Shown piece by piece: positions 55,838 through 64,000 of a DNA stretch of 64,000 nt. A program made the translations under genes and the position numbers. Source of the stretch: Eledone cirrhosa (taxonomy: Eukaryota); contig OZ024740.1 of the NCBI GenBank assembly GCA_964016885.1, positions 364,250,001-364,314,000 on the forward strand, read 5' to 3'. Every line of letters begins with the position of its first letter. Position 1 is the first letter of the stretch. A model generated the notes under the pieces. It worked only from the letters and a program-made list of their open reading frames with translations. It was not told where the DNA came from and ran no database searches.

Positions 55838-56420
55838 CATGAAGGATGATAGCTGTATAACAAAGTGCAGGGCAATAAAGATAGACGGTAGCCACGGAAT
55901 AGGCAGACCCAGAAAAACCTGGGACGAGCTGATAAACTCCGACCTCACACACTTACACCTCACCAAGACAATGTCACTGGACCGAGACCTTTGGCGGTAC
56001 TCAGTAATAGAGAAGACCCGCCTTACCTAAATACAAAGTAAAACCTACTACAGTCAGTAGGCATCTCTAACAAAATACCCCCCACGCCCCCACCCACCCC
56101 ATCCACACCGCCCCCTTCTATGTAAAGTTATGTTGGTGCCACACCATCCAGGCCGAAACAAATGAGATCGTGTAGGTGTCACGACAAAAAAAACACAGTC
56201 CACGCTGTAATGTGGCCGTGTAGGCAACACGGTAAAAACCTCCCAGACCCACACTGTAAATGTGGTTGGTGTTAGGAAGGGCATCCAACTGTAGAAAACC
56301 TGCCAGACAGTCCTATGCGAGCAAGACAATCACTCTTGCCTCAAGTGGGAATACCCCCGTCCAAACCCATGCAAGCGTGGAACACGGACGTTAAACGTTG
56401 ATGATGATGATGATGATGAT
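55838..56420 (+). mobile_element. RTE LINE 3' fragment with (GAT)n tail
   Basis: ORF 55839..56030; near-identical to 54504-55090. Confidence 0.9.
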
Positions 56421-56745
56421 ATATTATATTTATAATTATGGTAATACATTACACTTTTACTGTTTTACTCGTTTGAGTCAATACACTGCAGCCATGTTGA
56501 GGCCATTGGTTTGTATAATCAACCATATTGACTTATAGTTATTTTTTAAAGTCTTGAACTTATTTTACCTATCTCTTCTTTGTTGAACTGCTAAGATACA
56601 AGATATAACACAGATAGACACAAATGTGAATACAGACATGGAAACATATGCATGCACACACACACACACAATAACTATTATATTTTAGCTCTGTACTTCC
56701 ATAGAGTGCTCTGTTCCCTTTATCTGTTCAACAGAACCTTTCAAC

Positions 56746-56797
<52 letters not shown>

Positions 56798-56799
56798 GG

Positions 56800-56950
56800 G
56801 CTTCTGCAGTTTTTACTGAATTCTAGTTATAAGGCATTCATTGGTCAACCCAAATCTATCATAGAAGACATTTGCCCAACATGCCATGCAGTGGGACTGA
56901 ACCCAAAACTAACTGGTTGGGCGGCAAATTCCTTAACCCCTCTGCCATAC
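56800..56950 (-). mobile_element. tRNA-derived CORE-like SINE (another family), degraded
   Basis: minus strand ggttaagg...ggttcagtcccactgcatggcatgttgggcaaatgtcttcta. Confidence 0.6.
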
Positions 56951-57333
56951 CTGGACCTATACCATATTATCTGATATAGAACAAAGAAACAATATTTTAT
57001 GATGTTGGAATTGTAAATCAGTATGGCGATATTTTGTTTTGTTTTAAGTAGATGTGTTTCTTAGTGGTTAGTATTTCTTTTATCAAAGAACAGTATGCTG
57101 TGTGTGTGTATGTGTTGTAATCATCATCACCACCAATGACAACATTTCCAAAAATGTCTTGCCACTTGTCACAGTCCCTTTGTCATGTGTACATAATATA
57201 TGTATGAGTACATACATATATATATATGTATGTGCAAAAAGTAAATGGAAACAATGAAGCAAATAATACAGTACAATGAAGTTTAAGGTTGGTTATATAG
57301 TTGGAAAAGAGACTTTATGTTTCAGAAATTAGT

Positions 57334-57387
<54 letters not shown>

Positions 57388-57388
57388 C

Positions 57389-57728
57389 CATCATCATCAT
57401 TTCATTTTACGTCCGCTTTTTCCCTGCTTGCAAGGGTGGGACGGGAACTGATTCTGGCTTGATTTCTACAGCTGGATGCCCTTCCTAACACCAACCTCAT
57501 TTACAGTGAGTGCTGGGTGTTTTTTTGCCGTGGCACCTCCACGACCACTTTGCAGTGGAATGATATGGACCCCAGTCCCTATCATCTCATTTCTACAGCT
57601 GAGTAAACTGGAGCAATGTGAAATAAAGTGTCTTGCTCAAGGAAACAACACATCACCCGGTCTGAGAATTGAACTCACAACCTTTCGATTGCAAGGCCAA
57701 TGCTCTAACCACTAAGCCATGTGCCTCC
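57389..57728 (-). mobile_element. CORE SINE with RTE-derived tail (near-identical to 51721-52068)
   Basis: Duplicated ORF peptides 51846 / 57476. Confidence 0.85.
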
Positions 57729-58247
57729 ATATATATATAAAAGGAATGCCATTGAAATTTGTGCTTTGTTGTTGTTCTTGTCTGAGGATAGATACATTGG
57801 TAAGTATACATATGTAGATGGATAGATAGATATGTGGATAGGTAGGTGGTATATATATCATCATCATCATCATCATTTTACGTCCGCTTTTCCCTGCTTG
57901 CAAGGGTGTGTGCGTATGTATATACATATATATGTATACCGTACTTGTGTGTGTGTATGTATATACATATATATGTATACTGTACTTGTATGTGTGTATA
58001 TATGTATATACATACACACATACACACACATACACAAGTACAGTATACAGTATATATTTGTGTCAATAAAGACTTAGTAGTGGAGTGTTGTAGGCAGCAA
58101 GGTTTTTGATAAAAGTGATAATAACTGTCAGGAACAAAGCAGGAGTTTCTTTGAAAGTTTGCAAATCCATCTTATGTATTACTGATAACATGATTGGCAT
58201 TGCTATGTTAGGAATCTAACCTTATTAAGTATCCTTAATTAAAATAG

Positions 58248-58280
<33 letters not shown>

Positions 58281-58996
58281 GGTATGTGTGTGTGTATTTA
58301 TATGTGTATATACGTATCTGTATATGTATGTGTATATACGTATTTGTATATATATATATATATGTGTGTGTCTGTGTGTATATGCACACACACACACACT
58401 GACACATATATGTATGAGGCCATCTAAATCTGCATAGGTGAGAGCTGTCTGTGTGTGTGTCAAGGACTGCCATTGAAATATGTGCTTTGTTATTGTTTGT
58501 CTGAAGGTAGATACATTGGTAAATATACATAGCTTGATAGACAGATATATAGATATGTGAATAGATTTGTGAGTAGATAGATATAGATAAAGATAGATAG
58601 ACATACAAACAGAGAGATAGACAGACCGGTAGATATATAGATAGACAGACATATAAAAACAGCTGGATAGATAGATAGATAGATAGGTAGGTAGATAGAC
58701 AGTTAGATGAATGTTTTTTTATTGTTTGAATATACATAGATATATAGCTTTAGATAGCAAATGTTAAACTACTAACAATCTTGAAGGTGGATATGTATTA
58801 TCAACTCAGAGAGAGAGAAGGGAGGGGTGTGTGGAGGAAGATATCAAAGCTTATGCTGAAATGCTTCCGAAATAAATTTATCACATAGGCTTTATTATAA
58901 TGATATCTGTATGCGTGTGTGTATACATGATAGAACTGATATGCCTTTAGAAGAGTCCACTATGTTTCAGGCATTCAGGCCAGGTCTCTTATTTAA

Positions 58997-59203
58997 CCCT
59001 TTAGTATTTACATTGCTCTATATTTACGATTATATTTTCATACCTAAGGCTTTACCTCACATAATTCTCTCATAATATCGAATCTATGAGATTTTGATAT
59101 TATTTATTTTGAGAACATCAGTATGAGCGGCCGGTTACAGCTGGTTTGAACAGAAAGATTTGAGAGATTATGGTTGGATATGGCTGGTTTAAATGCTAAA
59201 AGG
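58997..59203. mobile_element. piggyBac-type MITE (TTAA TSD)
   Basis: TTAA-ccctttagtattta ... taaatgctaaaagg-TTAA. Confidence 0.75.
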
Positions 59204-60406
59204 TTAAAACACCCAAGAAACTGTGTAGAAGGCCAGTTAACCCTACATAGTTGTTGGCTGCAAATATTTAATTTTTTTCATTTCATCGAAACATTTGCTG
59301 TGAGAAATGCTGTAAATTAGGGGTCTGTTGTAAACCTGAAACCAGTGACACTATATTCTTCCCAAACCAAAATATATAGTAAATAATTGGATTCTTTGCA
59401 TAACAAATAATTTCCAATTGTGAATAAATGCATAATCCATTTGCTTGTTTGCTGCTCGAGTCTTACTCTAGTTGATCAACGAAAAATTAAAAAATATTGA
59501 AAAGTGGTGATGGTGCTGGTGGGGGATATTTTCAAATTAACAATAATAATTTTGTTATTAATTTTTGAACAGAAGTATTGAGATAAACTCTATGACAGGT
59601 ACATATGCAATAAAAAAAATTATTTGCTGCCTTTATTTTACCAGAAATTTTAAATTAAAGATTACTCAGGTAGAAAAGAAAAAGAAAATAACAAAAAAAA
59701 AAAAGCATTAAATTTTGAGAATTAAAAATGTTGCCAATTTGAAAAGCAATATTGTCTTAATTTATTTTGCTCTATTTCACTGTAAATAATCAACTTATTT
59801 GTATTTTTCTTTTCTGTCTTCATTTTCTTGAGTTTTATTCTGTTTTATTTAAACTTTTCAGTTAATCTTTCCACTGTTTAGTGTTGTTACCTGGCAGTTT
59901 TTCTTACCTTTGTGTGGCCTAGTGGTTGGGATGTTTGGCTCATGATCATAAGGTTGTAGATTTCAATTCCCTGGGCCAGGTTGTGCATTGTGTTTGTTAG
60001 CAAGATGCTTTATTTCATGTTGCTTTTCATGAAAAGACTGGAGTTACTATCATTAAAACATTTGAGTAACTTCCTATGCGATGCATCCTTATAGGAGGCC
60101 AGTTCTTCTTGCTATGAGTTGATCTCGGGTTGCTGCTGTTGTTTGCCTGATCGAGATCAGTTTCCAGGGCCCACCGCAAGATGAGACAAACTTGAGCCCC
60201 AGGAGGCCAGTTATATTTACATTGGTGTGAGCTCTAACAATAAGATGCACACACACACACACATCATTGAACAATCAAGTTTTTTTTATGGAATGAGGAA
60301 TTAAAGAGCTGAAATGATTGATTTTCTTCTGCCTTCCATTTGACTTATACATCCCCTAACTTTACACAGCTCATTCTCCTCTCTGATTCCCTGACACACT
60401 TATATA

Positions 60407-60504
<98 letters not shown>

Positions 60505-61668
60505 AGCTGATCAGTAGCGAAACGTGCGTCACCAACCAATAAATGTAATGAAGGAGTAACCATTCGTCCTTCATCATTATCATCATCATCATTTAACGTC
60601 CATATTTATAAGAGAGAGAGAGAGAAAAACCTGCATCGGTGTATTTCATTTTTTTTTTTTCAATAGATAGGAGCTCTATAGTTTTAAATGATATTTGTTT
60701 AATAAAAAATTAGATTATATGCTATCTATATATATATATTCAGTCTAACATACTAAAACAACATAGTTTTACTTGCACAAGTAAACATCTTACTTAACTG
60801 TAACTCTTTTCTCCATTTTTTTAAAAAACATTTCCTTCTTTTTATTATTTTGTGTCATTTAATGTTACATGTTCGTTGAAATAAATTAATCAAATGCATA
60901 TCTTCTGAGCAGCAGCAACTGCAGTAGCAAAAAAGGAATTTTCAATTTGTTGCTGATAATATCTTGCTTATTTATTTCAGTGTTATGCTTTAGAAAAGGT
61001 ATACGAGATGGCACCTAAAGTCTTTCGGAGAAAACTAAGTTAATAACTTAGGAGTAAATCCTGGCAGGAAATAGAAAGTCTTCTAGAGGTTAAAATGAAA
61101 GTTCATACAGAAATATTGTCATATTTGAGGAGGGCCATATTGTCCTAATTTTGCCAGAAAAATATTATAAAACACACTCACTGTTTGGTTTGGGTTGGTT
61201 TTCACTTCAGTATATTTTATATTTCTATAATTAATTCAGCTGGCAATCAATGTTTGTGTCCTGTATTGTTGTAATGTTTTCTTATTCTATTTGATTTATT
61301 ATTTATTTATTGTTGTCTCTGTTTGCACATGCGTTTGTCTGCATTCTATGTTTGTTTTAACATTGAAAGAATGAAGGTGCATTGCTTGGTGATTAGGGTG
61401 TTGGGTTCAGTTCATGGCCGGGTGGTTCATTGTGTTCTTGAGCCAGATGTTTTGTTTTGATGCATTTCATAAGGCTAGGGCTCCTATCATTAAAATGCCC
61501 AAGAAAGCTCCCATTATATACAACCTTGTAGGAAGGCAGCTAAACCTACATAGGTGCAAACTGTAACATTTCACTTTTAATTTCATCTCACACCTGTTTG
61601 CATCTGTTGACAAATATGTATAATACACCTTAAACTTACAAATTTGATTTGTTCAATCTTAGCTACTA

Positions 61669-62857
61669 CAGGGTTGCTCAATGTTTTGAGGACATTTGCA
61701 TGAATTTATTAAAAGATGTATAAGTTATGTAAGAAGAGCTTTATTGGCAAGAATACTCTTGAGATCTACTTGATGTATCTACTCAATGATTTCATTGTTA
61801 GCATTGATGGCTGCTTCAATATGAGGTCTGAAACGTTGACATGCCTTAATCAGATGATTTTTATCTATTTTGTACATTGTGCTAGTTATGGCAAACTTCA
61901 GAGATTTTATAGTGTTATGAGGGCATTTATTGACTTCTCTCTCGACTATGTCCCATATGTAGTAGTTCAATAGATTCAGGTCTGGAGAGCTATGAAGCCA
62001 TATGTTTGGGGTTATGTGATTGTGGAGATTGTAACTCACCCATTCTTGGGTTGTCTTGGCCTCTTGAGATGGTGCAGTCTTGTTGGAAGGTTCCATTCTT
62101 CCTTTGCTCACACTCTCTATTCAAAGCCTCACATCCTTCTCCAACACCTCCTTATAGTCAGCAGCATTGACTCTTAAGCCTTGAGGTAAGAAGTGAGGAG
62201 GCACGACAGCTCCCTATCCAGTTGCTTGAAACAGTTGGAATGTCTTTAGTGTATCTGCATAACCATCTGTCATTCATTCAGTTGACCTTTCCTGATCAAA
62301 GTTTTTCTCATCAGAGAAAAACCAAAGCATCCTAGGTTCTTGATGTTTCAATTTGCTCAACCAGCACTTTGCACTGATCAGATGATTATCTTTTGTCTTT
62401 GCAGAATTGGCTTCTCCGCATGACATTTGACTTGCATCAAAGGTCCTCATGCACAATTCTTCTGACAGTGTGCCGTGAAATCTTGAGCTCCTTAACAATG
62501 CCGTTAATTGACTTCCTGGGGTTCTGATTGATAATTTTCTGCACTTTTCGTACAAATCTGGGTCTTCTGATTGTATTAGGACTCTTAGCAGGTGTTTTAT
62601 GTTTGACTATTGCTGCTGAATTCCTCTCAGCAGTTTCCAGCTCTTTGTGAACTTTGGCAACAAACAACTGTGCAACTTTCAGGAAGCAGGCAATCTCCAA
62701 ATCACTATGCTCTGCCTTTAAAGCATTTCAGTGGACTTTTCATTTGTTGAATTAGCTTGATGTCTGTTATCATTTATCTGAAAAGAAATGATAATCAGAA
62801 CAAGTTAGAAAAAAAAAGCTATTAAAAGACATGTCCTCAGAGAACTGAGCCACCCTG
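61669..62857 (-). mobile_element. Tc1/mariner DD37D-like transposon, near full length, decayed
   Basis: TIRs cagggttgctcaatgttttgaggacat / atgtcctcagagaactgagccaccctg with TA; peptides HTH region, WFFSDEKNF, SPDLNLLNYYIW. Confidence 0.9.
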
Positions 62858-62954
62858 TATGTTTTAAAAGGCTGCGTTTTGTAATGATATGTAGTTTCAT
62901 TTCTAACAGTGTTTTGACAGATTTGTATAGTTTCATTTCATCAGTGTTTTGACA

Positions 62955-63370
62955 GAATTTGGCAGAATTGTTAGAGCATCAGACAAAATACCTCATGAGA
63001 TTTTATTGCAGCCCTTTACAGTCTGAGTTCAAATCTTGCTGAAGTCAGCTCTGCTTTTCATCCTTCTATGGGCAGTAAAATAATGTACCAGTGAAGTATT
63101 GGATTTAATATAATTGACTTTCCCCTTTTGCTTAAATTAGAAACTATTATTATTAAGAATAATATAAAAGGTGGTGGCTTGACAGAATCAATAGAGCATC
63201 AGACAAAGAGCTTTGCAGTACTTAATCACTGCTTTTTATATTGAGTTCAAACCCCACTGAGGACAACTTTGCCTTTCATCTTTCCAGATTGAATAAAACT
63301 GGTGAAGTACTGGAGTTGATATAACAGACTTTTGTCTCTTCCTAAATTGCTGGCCTTGTGCATAACTATT
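62955..63370 (+). mobile_element. Two tandem degraded Meta-like SINEs
   Basis: Repeated ggcagaat..tagagcatcagacaaa..gagttcaaa..tttgcctttcatc. Confidence 0.7.
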
Positions 63371-63439
63371 ATTATTAAGGATAATAAAATTATCATAACT
63401 GTTATTCCTTGCAGGGTCAACTTTATTTTTTATACTTAT

Positions 63440-64000
63440 GAAGATGGGGAAGGCAACCGGTCCATCGGGTATAGCTGCCGAGATTCTGAAGGCATCTGGG
63501 TCTGTAGGTCACACTATAACCACACGTATCGTTAACCAGGTAATACTAGAAGGGGCCATACCAAAAGATTGGTGCAGTAGCATCATTGTCAACTGCTACA
63601 AAGGCAAAGGCGACGCACTAGATAGAGGAAACTATAGAGGTATAAAGTTGATGGACCAGGTCATGAAAGTAACAGAAAGAGTTATAGCACAGCTGATTAG
63701 GGACCGGGTGAATATAGACGAGATGCAATTTGGGTTTGTACCAGGAAGAGGCACCACTGATGCCCTCTTCCTTGTGAGGCAATTACAGGAAAAGTACCTA
63801 GCTAAAAGTAAGCCACTCTACTTGGCATTTGTCGACCTTGAGAAAGCCTTTGACAGAGTTCCACGTGCTGTAATCTGGTGGGCTCTTAGAAAACTAGGAG
63901 TAGATGAATGGCTTGTGAAAGCAGTACAAGCCATGTATAGGGGAACAGTCAGCAAAGTTAGGATTAGCAATGAGTATAGCGAGGAATTTAGCGTACAGGT
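63440..64000 (+). mobile_element. RTE LINE RT N-terminal part (runs off window end)
   Basis: Homologous to 53095-53640: NCYKGKGDALDRGNYRGIKL, QFGF, AFVDLEKAFDRV. Confidence 0.9.

Noticed and set aside
60501-60535. Complete hammerhead at ctgatca-gtagc-GAAA-cgtgcg-TC
   Set aside because: Only the 3' half is credible; the 5' core and stem I appear cut off by the TA tract, so it is counted as a half copy

Overview
AT-rich eukaryotic (animal) DNA made almost entirely of transposable elements and long interrupted (TA)n microsatellites, with one 200-N assembly gap (44512-44711). The SINE, RTE LINE and microsatellite make-up resembles an octopus/cephalopod genome (inference). No host gene can be called with confidence, and most ORFs in the track are microsatellite artefacts. 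Recognisable parts: four Penelope-like retroelements (PLEs: RT with YRDD, CxC-x5-CP-x4-C linker, C-terminal GIY-YIG); about eight RTE LINE pieces, the main family carrying a C4HC3 PHD finger inside the RT; three DD37D (maT) Tc1/mariner relics; Tc1 and piggyBac-type MITEs; a non-autonomous Helitron; and tRNA-derived SINEs, one family sharing its 3' tail with a LINE in the window. The strongest hidden signal is about 22 complete or near-complete type I hammerhead ribozyme folds, plus several half or degenerate ones, from at least 12 different sequence families. They show compensatory stem changes and U3-A8 core variants. Almost all sit in PLE ends or in short non-coding units inside (TA)n, repeatedly arranged head-to-head with both 3' ends facing out into the TA tract, and one set forms a ~446-nt tandem resembling a non-LTR retrozyme. 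All folds were worked out by eye and no searches were run.
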